Shown here: one piece after another, positions 1-9,501 of the stretch | Position numbering within the stretch: the stretch's first letter is position 1 | Layout of the letters: each line of letters opens with the position of its first letter | NCBI GenBank assembly: GCA_044450345.1 | Contig: JBIOIY010000040.1 | Span: 1-28,752 of the forward strand | Length of the DNA: 28,752 nucleotides | Source: Thermodesulfovibrionales bacterium | Lineage (GTDB): Bacteria; Nitrospirota; Thermodesulfovibrionia; Thermodesulfovibrionales; UBA6898 | Reading direction: 5' to 3' | Program-made: the position numbers and the translations under genes | The notes under the pieces: model-generated | Seen by the model: the letters and a program-made list of their open reading frames with translations, nothing else | The model's database searches: none | Told to the model about the DNA's origin: nothing

Positions 1-76
1 CGGCCTGTAACAGTATGTGCGACACTAAGCCCGGGCGAATTCGCTTTGGCGACTCTGTAAGACTTCTTTTGAACAT
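1..76 (-). CDS. 5' end of a CDS running off the window edge (MFKRSLTESPKRIRPGLVSHILLQA...), possibly a cupin-domain protein
   Basis: ATG at 76 with SD AAGGAG at 82-87 (minus) and an extended -10 TGcTATACT at 125-133 (minus). The frame is open to position 1. The product guess rests only on N-terminal resemblance. Confidence 0.55.
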   Translation of the reverse strand, partial: MFKRSLTESPKRIRPGLVSHILLQA

Positions 77-328
77 CCCCTCTCCTTAGGCAACGATTGA
101 TAATTTTAATTTAAAATATTCATAAGTATAGCAAAAAGTTAACTGATGCGGAGTTCAGGAAGAATTAATTCATGTGAAGGCCGCAAGAGCAGGGAGTTTC
201 TTGTCCGGCTTTTTCCGCCTTGGAGTGACAATGCAGTGACAATGGCTAATTATCTTTGTTGTTTAGAAGTTAAGAGGTGGTTTGGCTTAAATAAGCCATT
301 TAAACTACTGCGCAAAATTAATAAATTA

Positions 329-403
329 TGGTGGGCGATACTGGGATTGAACCAGTGACCCCTCCCGTGTGAAGGGAGTGCTCTCCCGCTGAGCTAATCG
401 CCC
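329..403 (-). tRNA. tRNA-Val (anticodon CAC), CCA encoded
   Basis: The reverse complement reads GGGCGATTAGCTCAGCGGGAGAGCACTCCCTTCACACGGGAGGGGTCACTGGTTCAATCCCAGTATCGCCCACCA. Acceptor stem GGGCGAT/ATCGCCC, anticodon stem CTCCC/GGGAG with loop TTCACAC, T-arm CTGG-TTCAATC-CCAG. Confidence 0.97.
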
Positions 404-413
404 TTTAAAAACC

Positions 414-448
414 GTGAATAGTGAAAAGTGAACAGTAAATAGTAAAAC
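414..448. repeat. Degenerate heptamer tandem repeat, 5 copies
   Basis: GTGAATA GTGAAAA GTGAACA GTAAATA GTAAAAC, read directly in the ugd-tRNA spacer. Confidence 0.75.
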
Positions 449-465
449 AAAATACGTCCGAAACG

Positions 466-1770
466 TCAACTCCTGCCGACGGAGAAATACTTGAACCCGA
501 GCCCTTTCATCTTTTCGGGCTCGTAGATATTTCTCAGGTCGAAGAAGTAGGGCTTCTTCAGTAGCTTTTTTATCCGAAGGAGTTCGAGGTTCCTGAATTC
601 GTTCCACTCGGTGATGATCACGACGCCATCGGCGCCTTTTACACAGTCATAGACCCCTTCCGCAAAATGTATTCGCCGGCCGAAGACCTTTTTTGCATCG
701 GGCATCGCGACAGGGTCGAAGGCCCTGACCACGCCTTTTTCCTTCAGCAGGCTCTCTATGATGAAGACCGAAGGGGCCTCGCGCATATCGTTCGTGTTCG
801 GCTTGAATGAAAGCCCCAGCACTGCGAGGGTCTTGCCTTTGACGCCGCCCATACCTTTCCTGATCTTATCGATCATGAAGCTCATCTGCCTCTCGTTGGC
901 GGCTATCGCAGACCGGACGACCCCAAGTTCGGAGCCGTTTCTCTCGGCTATCGTCAGAAGCGCCCGGGTGTCCTTCGGAAAGCAGGACCCCCCATATCCG
1001 GGTCCGGTGTGGAGAAACTTCGGTCCTATCCGGTGGTCCAGCCCCATCCCCTTTGCGACCATCTGTACGTCGGCGCCGACCTTCTCGCAGAGGTTCGACA
1101 GCTCGTTGATAAAGGATATCTTGACCGCAAGGAACGAGTTGGAGGCATATTTGATGAGCTCCGCCGTCTCGATACTGGTGATTACAAAAGGGGTCTCTAT
1201 GAGATAGAGAGGCCTGTAAATGTCTTTCAGTATCGCTACCGCCTGCTGGCTCGAAGCGCCGAGGACCACCCTGTTGGGCCTCATAAAGTCCTCTATCGCG
1301 GCCCCCTCTCTCAGGAACTCGGGGTTGGAGACGATATCGAAGTCGATACGTTCAGTCAGCTTCTTCGAGATGATCTCCCGGAGGCGTGCGCCTGTGCCGA
1401 CCGGTACGGTGCTCTTAGTGACTATGACCTTATAGCTCGTGATCTCGCGGGCTATTTCCGCTGCGACCTCTTCAACATAACTCATGTCTGCCGACCCGTC
1501 CCCCCGGGGAGGCGTTCCGACGGCGATAAAGACCGCAAGAGAAGAGTCCACTGCATCATGTATCTTGGTCGAGAACCGGAGCCGTCCGTTCTTTAAGTTG
1601 CGTTTTACGAGTTCGTCGAGACCGGGTTCGTAAAAGGGCACGACCCCCTTCATCAGGGACCTTACCTTTTTTTCATCCTTGTCGACGCAGGTCACGAAGA
1701 CCCCGAACTCGGCGAAGCATGCGCCTGTTACAAGCCCTACGTACCCTGTCCCTATTATTCCGATATGCAT
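466..1770 (-). CDS. ugd: UDP-glucose/GDP-mannose dehydrogenase family protein (UDP-glucose 6-dehydrogenase)
   Basis: 434 aa with GTGYVG Rossmann motif, IAVGTP, KSTVPVG, SNPEFLREG, catalytic GYGGSCFPKD, LGLSFKPNTNDMRE and TEWNEF. Confidence 0.95.
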   Translation of the reverse strand: MHIGIIGTGYVGLVTGACFAEFGVFVTCVDKDEKKVRSLMKGVVPFYEPGLDELVKRNLKNGRLRFSTKIHDAVDSSLAVFIAVGTPPRGDGSADMSYVEEVAAEIAREITSYKVIVTKSTVPVGTGARLREIISKKLTERIDFDIVSNPEFLREGAAIEDFMRPNRVVLGASSQQAVAILKDIYRPLYLIETPFVITSIETAELIKYASNSFLAVKISFINELSNLCEKVGADVQMVAKGMGLDHRIGPKFLHTGPGYGGSCFPKDTRALLTIAERNGSELGVVRSAIAANERQMSFMIDKIRKGMGGVKGKTLAVLGLSFKPNTNDMREAPSVFIIESLLKEKGVVRAFDPVAMPDAKKVFGRRIHFAEGVYDCVKGADGVVIITEWNEFRNLELLRIKKLLKKPYFFDLRNIYEPEKMKGLGFKYFSVGRS

Positions 1771-1984
1771 AACGAGTTATTATACTAAATTAATCGGCGA
1801 TTGTCTCTTTAAAGTCCTCTGAAGGGTTTGACCCTCCCTGAACATCGCCTTTACGTTTTTCATGGGCGTAGGTTACAATAAAATAAGTTATGTTCTATTA
1901 CGGCGCACCCTTGAAACTTCATTCTTCATGCAAAGCGAATAACCGGTCCTTCGGGAAAGATACCCGGTATTACGTGACGGTCCA

Positions 1985-2572
1985 GTGTTGATCCGGCCAT
2001 CTTTCCTCTCCAAATCCCTGGTACGAAGGATTTTCTTTCTGGCGTTTATCGTAGCGCTTGTCCCGGGTGCTCACCTTGCGAACATATTGGTCCACGGCAA
2101 TTTCCAGCCGATAACAAAGGGAGAAGCCTACCGGTCCGGACAGATCAATAAAGACAAGCTGGAACAGTATCTGAAAGAGTATCGCATCAAGAGCGTACTG
2201 AATCTTCGCGGAGAAAATAGCGGGGCGGATTGGTATGAGGATGAAATAGCGGTATGCAGCAGACTCTCGGTCCGGCATTATGATCTGGCGATGAACTCCA
2301 CAGGGAAACCGACCCCTGATGTTGTCGGCAAGCTAATGGCTATTTTCAGAGAGGCGCCCCGCCCTGTGCTCATCCACTGCAGGAGCGGTTCGGACAGGTC
2401 GGGACTTGTGGCCGCTCTCTGGAAGGTGGTTGTGGACGGTGAGCCGAAATCGATCGCGGAAAAACAGCTCTCGATCCTTTATGGCCATTTCCCCGTGGGG
2501 CAGACCGCGGTACTGGATGATTTCTTCAAAGACTGGAAGCCCGCTCCTCCACTTTCCGCAGCCGGAAAGTAG
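1985..2572 (+). CDS. Membrane-anchored tyrosine/dual-specificity (CX5R) phosphatase family protein
   Basis: HCRSGSDRSG P-loop, YRSGQ and IKSVLNLRG motifs, and an N-terminal hydrophobic segment. The start (GTG/TTG) is uncertain. Confidence 0.85.
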   Translation: MLIRPSFLSKSLVRRIFFLAFIVALVPGAHLANILVHGNFQPITKGEAYRSGQINKDKLEQYLKEYRIKSVLNLRGENSGADWYEDEIAVCSRLSVRHYDLAMNSTGKPTPDVVGKLMAIFREAPRPVLIHCRSGSDRSGLVAALWKVVVDGEPKSIAEKQLSILYGHFPVGQTAVLDDFFKDWKPAPPLSAAGK

Positions 2573-2575
2573 CCG

Positions 2576-3718
2576 TTAATAATACTGCGAACGCGCAACC
2601 AGGCCGTAGAATATCTTCTCCGTCTCACGCACGGCGTTATCTATATCAAAGAGACGTGCTACCTTCTCTTTGCCGTTTCGGATAAAGCGGTCCCTTATCT
2701 CCGCGTCTTCCCGCAGAGTGCGAATTTTTTCAGCCAGGGCATTGCTGTCTCCGGGGGCAAAGAGAAAACCGTTTGCGCCGTCATCGATAATCTCGCGGAT
2801 CCCCCCGCTGTCGGCGCCGATGCAGGGGACCCCGGCGGCCATAGCCTCAATGAGAGTGAGCCCCAGTCCCTCGTTGCGGGACGGCAATACATTCAGGTCC
2901 ATAATTTTATAAAACGGCGCTATGTCTTTCTGGAAGTCGCAAATAGTAAGCGCTGCCGGTGACAGTCCGTTATATTCGGCTACCAACTTCAGGGTATCGA
3001 TGTCCCTGCCGCCCCAGACACCGAGCACAAGCACGTTGAAATCTCCCGGGAAGTCCGAGAGTGCCCGAAAGAGGAATTCGTGCCCCTTCATGGAAGGATT
3101 ATCAGGTCTAAAATGTTTTCCGCCGTTGAACCGTGCTACGATTCCTATGTTGAAGGCGCCGGGGCGGCAATACTTGTTCCGTACGTTAGCGACTCTTTCA
3201 GCTGAAACGGTCCTGAATTTGTTTATGTCGATCCCCCCGTAGACCATGACTGCTCTCCCGGGTAATATGCCGCCCCGCAACAGGCTTTTTTTTATGACCT
3301 TACTTACCGCGATATTCATGTCGACCAGATTGAAATAGAAGGCACCCACATAAGGTAAGCCCGACAGGATACAATGTCTTGTAAACACTATTTTTGATCG
3401 GAGACCACGAAGGCGGGCGAGCAGGAGAAGGTGCCTGGCCGGGGAATCATGGGTATTGACAATGTCGACTGCCTCACTCTTGCAAATCTTTAGTAACTGG
3501 GCCAGGGCGAAGGCTCCGGTGTGTGAAGGCTCAAGATCAAAGATTTCAACATTTCCTTCCCGGGCTTCTCCATTCATTTGACAACTTGCGGGGGCGGCCC
3601 AAATTACCCTGTGACCTTTTTCCCGCAGGCCGATCGAAAGGTCAAGGGCAAAACGATCAGCCCCTCCCATACACGCATAGGAGACAACATTTACGATCGT
3701 AAGGGGCCTATTTATCAT
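2576..3718 (-). CDS. Glycosyltransferase family 4 (GT-B)
   Basis: MGGAD N-terminal motif, KGH, and LPSRNEGLGLTLIEAMAAG (EX7E). Start placed at ATG 3718, while the ORF track extends to 3763. Confidence 0.9.
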   Translation of the reverse strand: MINRPLTIVNVVSYACMGGADRFALDLSIGLREKGHRVIWAAPASCQMNGEAREGNVEIFDLEPSHTGAFALAQLLKICKSEAVDIVNTHDSPARHLLLLARLRGLRSKIVFTRHCILSGLPYVGAFYFNLVDMNIAVSKVIKKSLLRGGILPGRAVMVYGGIDINKFRTVSAERVANVRNKYCRPGAFNIGIVARFNGGKHFRPDNPSMKGHEFLFRALSDFPGDFNVLVLGVWGGRDIDTLKLVAEYNGLSPAALTICDFQKDIAPFYKIMDLNVLPSRNEGLGLTLIEAMAAGVPCIGADSGGIREIIDDGANGFLFAPGDSNALAEKIRTLREDAEIRDRFIRNGKEKVARLFDIDNAVRETEKIFYGLVARSQYY

Positions 3719-3800
3719 ATGACCAAAGCGTTCACTCCCGGTTAGGAAAACGCAAAAACCCAAAGTGAGTTTCCTGATATCTGTCGGCAGGTTGGTGCAA

Positions 3801-4532
3801 TTACTTACGTGCGCTAAGTATCAGTGTCCTTCCTGTCAGAAGGCTTCCTCTAAATAAATTCATAGTCAGGTCAAAGTTGGAATCGTCCAAAGTCTTATAT
3901 TTATTCCTCTCTTTTACAATAAAGACCTGCTTCCCCAATAACAGGAGAGGGAAAAAGGCATAATGCAGGGCTGATGATGATCTCTGACGTTTATCAATCG
4001 TAAATGATATGTCCCGGAAACCTTCTCTGAATAACAAAATATATAAGTAAGGATAGCTTAACGGCATGATATGCCCGTGTGTGGAATGTTTGTCTGTGCT
4101 ATTCAGATGGATTGGCCCAAAAAGATTATAAAATCCGGAAAACAAGAATCGCAGTCTTGACTTCATATTCAGAATATTGGGAGTGGTTAAAACGAACAGG
4201 CCGCCTTTTCTTAGCAGGCGGTAGCCTTCCCTTATCAGATTCCTCGGATTATGTAAATGTTCTATCACCTCGGAGGCAGTTATGATATCGAACGCTTCGT
4301 CCTGATAAGGAAGCTTTTCCTCGTCGATATCGGCTCTCTTGAAAGGGACGTCTCCGATGCGGAATGATTCAGGATAGTAGTCGCATGCATGACAATCGAA
4401 CATCTCATGTTCAGATCTCAATCGGCTGATAAGGTCACCGCCCCCGGCCCCGATGTCCAGCAGCCTGGCGGGCCCCATTTTTTGCTGTCTGATAATCGCG
4501 CCAACGGCGTCGTAGATTAATTCCGTACTCAT
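3801..4532 (-). CDS. Class I SAM-dependent methyltransferase
   Basis: LLDIGAGGG motif I, FDIITASEVIEHL and GGLFVLTTPN, typical of glycan-locus methyltransferases. Confidence 0.88.
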   Translation of the reverse strand: MSTELIYDAVGAIIRQQKMGPARLLDIGAGGGDLISRLRSEHEMFDCHACDYYPESFRIGDVPFKRADIDEEKLPYQDEAFDIITASEVIEHLHNPRNLIREGYRLLRKGGLFVLTTPNILNMKSRLRFLFSGFYNLFGPIHLNSTDKHSTHGHIMPLSYPYLYILLFREGFRDISFTIDKRQRSSSALHYAFFPLLLLGKQVFIVKERNKYKTLDDSNFDLTMNLFRGSLLTGRTLILSARK

Positions 4533-4673
4533 GTCAAATTAAATCGTTCTTTGATCACATAGGGGACTGTTCACGCAACCTTTTTTGCCTTGCCTCATAC
4601 TGTGGAGATTGCGCATATATCTTAACATATTGCTCCCCATGTCTTGTTGACCTGCCCTGTGACGGTTAGCCGC

Positions 4674-5396
4674 CTATTTCTCATACACTGCCATCCATAT
4701 CCTGCAATACTCTTTCATCGAAAACCTCATGAAGCCCTCGGCGTAGGTCCCTGCTCCGGAGGTGACGCCTCGGTAACGGTTCAGAGAGATTGCCGCTTCA
4801 ATCCAGTCATTAGATGTAAGCTGGCTTTTGTATCGCGAAAGAGCTTCTTTCTTCCGGGCGACCGTATCTGCAATGTCGATGATGAGGTTCGGGACCACCG
4901 TGGTCCAGACCTCATACGCGCAGACAGTAAACCGGTACCGGTATTTTTTATGAAGTTTTGCCAGAAGATGATTCACCGCAAGGTGGTCGTTGTGCCGGTC
5001 GAAGAGAGACGGCAGATAAACGATATCGGGTCCGTAATCACTTACGATCGATGAAAGCCTTGCTGGGAGATCACCCTTTTCAAGAAGCCTCTTCGATTCG
5101 TACCCGAGAAACTCGAGGTCAGTGAGTCCGATCACCTTTGCCGCTTCTTCGGCCTCTCGTATGCGCTCCTCCGTACAGTCGGCGAAATAGACGACCTTCA
5201 CTCTATTCCCCATAAGGACATGCTTTCTCATACTACCGCCTGCCCCTATGACGTCATCGTCGATATGAGGAGAGAGTATTAGAACACGTCCGCTTTCGGG
5301 GGCGTCCATTTTGATCGGGGACGCCTTTAAAAAAGGGGCCACTGTCTCATAGAGGCGCCCGACATGTCTCCATGTTATTCTCGCCGGAAATTTCAC
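4674..5396 (-). CDS. PIG-L/LmbE family N-deacetylase
   Basis: SPHIDDD (PHxDD) and HNDH Zn-binding motifs, EAEEA and YKSQ. The GTG start overlaps the upstream TGA. Confidence 0.88.
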   Translation of the reverse strand: MKFPARITWRHVGRLYETVAPFLKASPIKMDAPESGRVLILSPHIDDDVIGAGGSMRKHVLMGNRVKVVYFADCTEERIREAEEAAKVIGLTDLEFLGYESKRLLEKGDLPARLSSIVSDYGPDIVYLPSLFDRHNDHLAVNHLLAKLHKKYRYRFTVCAYEVWTTVVPNLIIDIADTVARKKEALSRYKSQLTSNDWIEAAISLNRYRGVTSGAGTYAEGFMRFSMKEYCRIWMAVYEK

Positions 5397-6484
5397 CGGG
5401 CCTCCAGTTCCTTGAGTACTTCTTCGAAGCGGTCGCCGAGTGTTCTGTCGGAGAACTCGGCTTCCACCGTCCGTCTGCCCGCGGCCGCGACCCGTGTGGA
5501 AAGGTCCTTGTCCGTCAGATAGTCCTGTATCGCCCTGGCGAGTGCCTTCTCGTTTCCGGGCGGCACAAGCGTCCCGTTTTTCCCGTCTGAAATGAGTTCC
5601 GGTATCCCCCCCACCATAGTCCCGATAACCGGCTTACCCATCGCCATCGCCTCGATGAGCACCATGCCGAAGGCCTCTTCACAGGTTGAGGGGAGGACGA
5701 ATACGTCCATGGCGGCATAGATCCGCTCGACGTCCTTCCTCACCCCGGTAAAAATGACCTTGTCGCGCATGCCCAGTCTCTCCGCTTCTTTTCCGAGTCC
5801 TTCCCTTTCCTCCCCGTCGCCCGCAAAGACCAGTTTGATGGCCCTGTTTCCTCCGGAGATCATGCCGGTAGCCCGGAGGAGTTCATACACGCCCTTCCCG
5901 CGGTTGAGTTTCCCGGTCGTGCCTATAAGGAATTCGTTGCTATCGATCCCGAGTTCATTGCGGATCGCTTCGCGGTCTATGCCGGAAGGATCGAATTTCT
6001 CAAGCGATACGCTGTTGTGTATCAAGGCTATCTTGTTCGCCCTTATCCCGCTCCTGATAAGGGCCTGCATCACTGCCCCGCTTACGGCGACGACCGCGTC
6101 GACATGGTTATTGATGAGCCAGCGAGTGGTCTTTCTGATCGGGTCTGTCTGGTGCCTGACGAAGAGCATCTTCACTCCGAGAAACATCGCAGCCAGGGCT
6201 GAGGGCCAGTATTCATGGCCGCCGTTGGCTATTATGACATCGATATTTTTACTGCGGCATATTCTGATTATTTTTATTACAGCCCTGATATCACCGGAGT
6301 TCCTTATCCAAATCTTTTTCGAAGGGAGACTAATCCCCCCGGTTACTTTCACAGAGCCTTCGCTCCCGCATCCCATTGTTATCGTATGACCCCTCCTGGC
6401 TAATTCTGCCCCCAGGATGTCAGAATGGGACTCAATTCCGCCCCAGCCTCGACCAAAAGCAACATTCAGCAGCAGGATATTCAT
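5393..6484 (-). CDS. Glycosyltransferase family 4 (GT-B)
   Basis: WGGIE, KG, and EEAFGMVLIEAMAMGKPV (EX7E). ATGA overlap with the upstream gene. Confidence 0.92.
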   Translation of the reverse strand: MNILLLNVAFGRGWGGIESHSDILGAELARRGHTITMGCGSEGSVKVTGGISLPSKKIWIRNSGDIRAVIKIIRICRSKNIDVIIANGGHEYWPSALAAMFLGVKMLFVRHQTDPIRKTTRWLINNHVDAVVAVSGAVMQALIRSGIRANKIALIHNSVSLEKFDPSGIDREAIRNELGIDSNEFLIGTTGKLNRGKGVYELLRATGMISGGNRAIKLVFAGDGEEREGLGKEAERLGMRDKVIFTGVRKDVERIYAAMDVFVLPSTCEEAFGMVLIEAMAMGKPVIGTMVGGIPELISDGKNGTLVPPGNEKALARAIQDYLTDKDLSTRVAAAGRRTVEAEFSDRTLGDRFEEVLKELEAR

Positions 6485-7212
6485 ATTCTCAATCCCTTCC
6501 GGTCTTCATAGGTCGAATGTAACTTAATCATGAACAATAATGGATGAGTATTTAATCTGACAAATAACCTCCTGATCTCAAAAGGATCATCCCCAATACG
6601 GATAAATCCTCTACTCATAGTGACGGCCCCAAGATAACCGGCTTTCTTTACAGTTGTCACCACCCTATCATCATAATCACCGTAGGGGTAACAAAAGAGT
6701 TCAACTGGAACCCCCAGCTTCTTTTCAAGGGCGGTCTTTGACCCGGACAGTTCGTCTTCTATCTCACGTGTTGAAAGTTTGCTCAGAAATGGATGTGTTT
6801 TTGTGTGTGACCCGAAAACAACACGATGATCTCTCAGTTCGACGATCTTATCCCAGTCGAGAAGTCGCTTCCGTATATTCAGCTCCCGGTTATCCCAGAG
6901 GTTCTCCTTGCCTATAAGGTCCGTCACGAGAAAAACCGTTGAAGGATATCCAAACATTTTCAATACAGGATAGGCATTTTCGTAAAAATCCTGATAGCCG
7001 TCATCGAAGGTAATGGCAACCAACTTTTTCCCGGAAATGTTCCCCTTCATAAAGGAAATAATTTCATGAAGAGGGACTACTTTAAATCCGGATGCCTTTA
7101 AATACCACATTTGGAATTTGAACATTCGGGAAGTCACATAAAGGCTATGCAAATTCCCGTGACCGGGGGGCGTCCCAATATTGTGGTAAGTGAGAACTAT
7201 TGCCTGACTCAA
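6481..7212 (-). CDS. Polysaccharide deacetylase (CE4/NodB, IcaB/PgaB-like)
   Basis: LTYH, TFDDG, SHTKTH and YPYG motifs. TTG start with SD AAGGAAGG. Confidence 0.92.
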   Translation of the reverse strand: MSQAIVLTYHNIGTPPGHGNLHSLYVTSRMFKFQMWYLKASGFKVVPLHEIISFMKGNISGKKLVAITFDDGYQDFYENAYPVLKMFGYPSTVFLVTDLIGKENLWDNRELNIRKRLLDWDKIVELRDHRVVFGSHTKTHPFLSKLSTREIEDELSGSKTALEKKLGVPVELFCYPYGDYDDRVVTTVKKAGYLGAVTMSRGFIRIGDDPFEIRRLFVRLNTHPLLFMIKLHSTYEDRKGLRI

Positions 7213-7366
7213 GAAACCTTCCTTGTTTAGGGATAGACGCCGACTTTTTTCAAGCGACGTTCCCTTTTTTAGCGCTGCCTCGATATTTATCTTACCTTAA
7301 TTATCCGATCCAAGGTGATTATTTGTCACTGTTGGTAGCGGGTCAGTTTAATGACCTGCTCCCTCA

Positions 7367-8449
7367 CTATTTCGTCGCTATGAGAACAAGTTCCTCTCCG
7401 GCAAGGGGAGAAAGGACGAGATATAGACGCTCAAGACTTCCGACCATTTTTGCCAGGCGTTTTAGAAGAAAAGGTTGACGCCTTCCCCACACGTGCTTCC
7501 CCGTCCGTTTGATGTCTTTTCCCGCCAAAAAAATCCCATTGGCCTGTCGGATGGTGGTGAATAACCTGTTGTTATCGAAACCGGCCCCGCCGACCAAAGA
7601 AGAGAGCGACTGAGGAGAATAAAGATGAAGATGACGCGGAGGCTCCAAAGGAAACCATGCTGACTTAAGAAGCGTATGCCCGACTGAAGCGACATTCGGC
7701 GTCACTATGACAAGTCGTCCTGAAGGTTTGAGAATCCTTCTGCATTCGCACAGCAGATCATGCGGTCCATGCACATGTTCGATGAGATGGCTCATCGTTA
7801 TTACGTCGAAGCAATCATCGGGATAGTGTTGTTCTTGTAAGGTTCCATGGCGCACAGGCAGCCCTTTTCCCCGGGCATTCTGTACGGCTTTCGCATCGAA
7901 ATCCACTCCCTCGACTACCCATCCCAGATCTTGCAATGCCTTTAGATTGTCGCCACTGCCGCAGCCGACTTCGAGAAGAAGATGGTTCCTTTCCCGGGCG
8001 TTCAGGTACATGACTTTAAAGTCGAGTTCAGCACTCCGGAGCGGCTGTAGAAGGCGGTAAATGGCGAAGATGCGTCTCCACGCCGATGATTTTCCCTCTG
8101 CCGTGTACCCGTATTTTGCGAGGATATAACAGCTATCAAGAAACCCAGATACTCGTCTATGCAGGGACGGCGGTCCGGCTTTTTTGCCCTTGTGATGGGT
8201 GTAATAGTCCTGGTACGCCTGCATGATATCTTCTTCAATCGGCATGGGATCCAGCCAGATCAGTCCGCAGTTCTGTGACGGGCATTTTCTCAGACTCCAG
8301 ATGCCCGGGGCGTTAAAAATGCGGTCTTCAAGTCCGCTGTAGAGAATATCTCCTTGCGAGCCGCATAAAAAGCATTTGTCCCTGGGCGTGGAGCGCATAC
8401 CGTTAAAGATTACCTTATCTCCGTGATTGTCCATATCATTCCCCTGCAT
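7367..8449 (-). CDS. Class I SAM-dependent methyltransferase with an N-terminal Cys cluster
   Basis: CFLC...CPSQNC, LLEVGCGSG, FDVITMSHLIEH and PPRHL. The true start may be ATG 8434 (SD AGGGG). Confidence 0.88.
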   Translation of the reverse strand: MQGNDMDNHGDKVIFNGMRSTPRDKCFLCGSQGDILYSGLEDRIFNAPGIWSLRKCPSQNCGLIWLDPMPIEEDIMQAYQDYYTHHKGKKAGPPSLHRRVSGFLDSCYILAKYGYTAEGKSSAWRRIFAIYRLLQPLRSAELDFKVMYLNARERNHLLLEVGCGSGDNLKALQDLGWVVEGVDFDAKAVQNARGKGLPVRHGTLQEQHYPDDCFDVITMSHLIEHVHGPHDLLCECRRILKPSGRLVIVTPNVASVGHTLLKSAWFPLEPPRHLHLYSPQSLSSLVGGAGFDNNRLFTTIRQANGIFLAGKDIKRTGKHVWGRRQPFLLKRLAKMVGSLERLYLVLSPLAGEELVLIATK

Positions 8450-8469
8450 TTTTTTCTGTATGCGATATC

Positions 8470-9408
8470 CTAAAATCGAAGCTTACGATAGAATTTCAAG
8501 AGCGGCTTATAGATTTTGTAGAACGGATAATAGGCAAGAAACCTCGCATAGCCATATCGTGCGTTAATCGCACTTACTGCCTCCTCTTTGGTGATATAGT
8601 TGGCCGTATATAATTTCCAAATTTTGTATGTATGATCATACCATATATATTTTTTTTGGAATTCACTTGCGGTTATATACTGTTTGTTCATGTATTCTTC
8701 GTACAGCCGGAAATTGTCTTCCGCTGCGAAAAAGCTCTCCATGTTCTTCGCTGTCTGCTGGGCGGAATGAACACGGAAGGAGGATAATGGTTCATCGAGA
8801 TATGCGAATTTCCCCTTTTCCAAAAGGTGAAACCACATCTCTGAATCGACTATATGTCTGTAAGAAGGTAAGAAACCCCGTCCGGCATCCTTTTTCCTGA
8901 ATATCACCGCCGATGGTTCTCCCACGAGGTTTTTCTGCTCGATAAGGCAGCGGTTTATAACTGCTTCGCCCGCCAGGGTAACATTTTCTTTGAAATGCCC
9001 CAATACCTTTACATGCCTGGAATTCGCATCGATAACATATCTCGCGGAACTCGCGAGCGAAATGCCCGGGTCTGCATCGAGAACTGACACCATCTTTTGC
9101 AAAGAGTCACAAGAAGACAGAAGGTCATCGCCAAAAACAAACTTAATGTATTCCCCTCTCGCCTCATTCAAGCATAAATTCCAATTATTCACCATGCCGA
9201 CATTGACCGGGTTCACCTTAACCCGTATCCTCTTGTCTCTCCCCGCATAATCACCTACAACCTCCGGCGTATTGTCATGGGAACAATCATCGATAATCAG
9301 AATCTCAAAGTCGCTGAAAGTCTGCGTGAGAACGGAGTCAATGGCCTCCGGAAGGAACCTGGCGTAATTATAAGTAGGAATGCAGATGCTTACCTTTGGG
9401 CTGGTCAT
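8470..9408 (-). CDS. Glycosyltransferase family 2
   Basis: VSICIPTYN, IIDDCSHD and FGDD motifs. SD GGAGGAG. Confidence 0.92.
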   Translation of the reverse strand: MTSPKVSICIPTYNYARFLPEAIDSVLTQTFSDFEILIIDDCSHDNTPEVVGDYAGRDKRIRVKVNPVNVGMVNNWNLCLNEARGEYIKFVFGDDLLSSCDSLQKMVSVLDADPGISLASSARYVIDANSRHVKVLGHFKENVTLAGEAVINRCLIEQKNLVGEPSAVIFRKKDAGRGFLPSYRHIVDSEMWFHLLEKGKFAYLDEPLSSFRVHSAQQTAKNMESFFAAEDNFRLYEEYMNKQYITASEFQKKYIWYDHTYKIWKLYTANYITKEEAVSAINARYGYARFLAYYPFYKIYKPLLKFYRKLRF

Positions 9409-9501
9409 TGCATACTCCTCCTCCGTAACATCTTCGAGTTTGATTTGCGGGTTTTCAGGAAAGCTTCCGGCAGAAAGCAGATACGGCCACTGAGCCTGGT
9501 T

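Noticed and set aside
240..328. AT-rich tract with the inverted repeat TGGCTTA-AA-TAAGCCA (283-298) downstream of tRNA-Val, as a possible att site or island boundary
   Set aside because: There is no integrase and no duplicated tRNA 3' end in the window, and the 7-bp arms are too short to support a call.
146..607. ORFs 146..358 (+) and 326..607 (-)
   Set aside because: They overlap the tRNA and the ugd 3' end, and show no SD or recognisable motifs.
9405..9413. Minimal uORF ATG-CAA-TGA overlapping the GT2 start on the minus strand
   Set aside because: The SD is also well spaced for the main ATG, and the arrangement is easily explained by chance.
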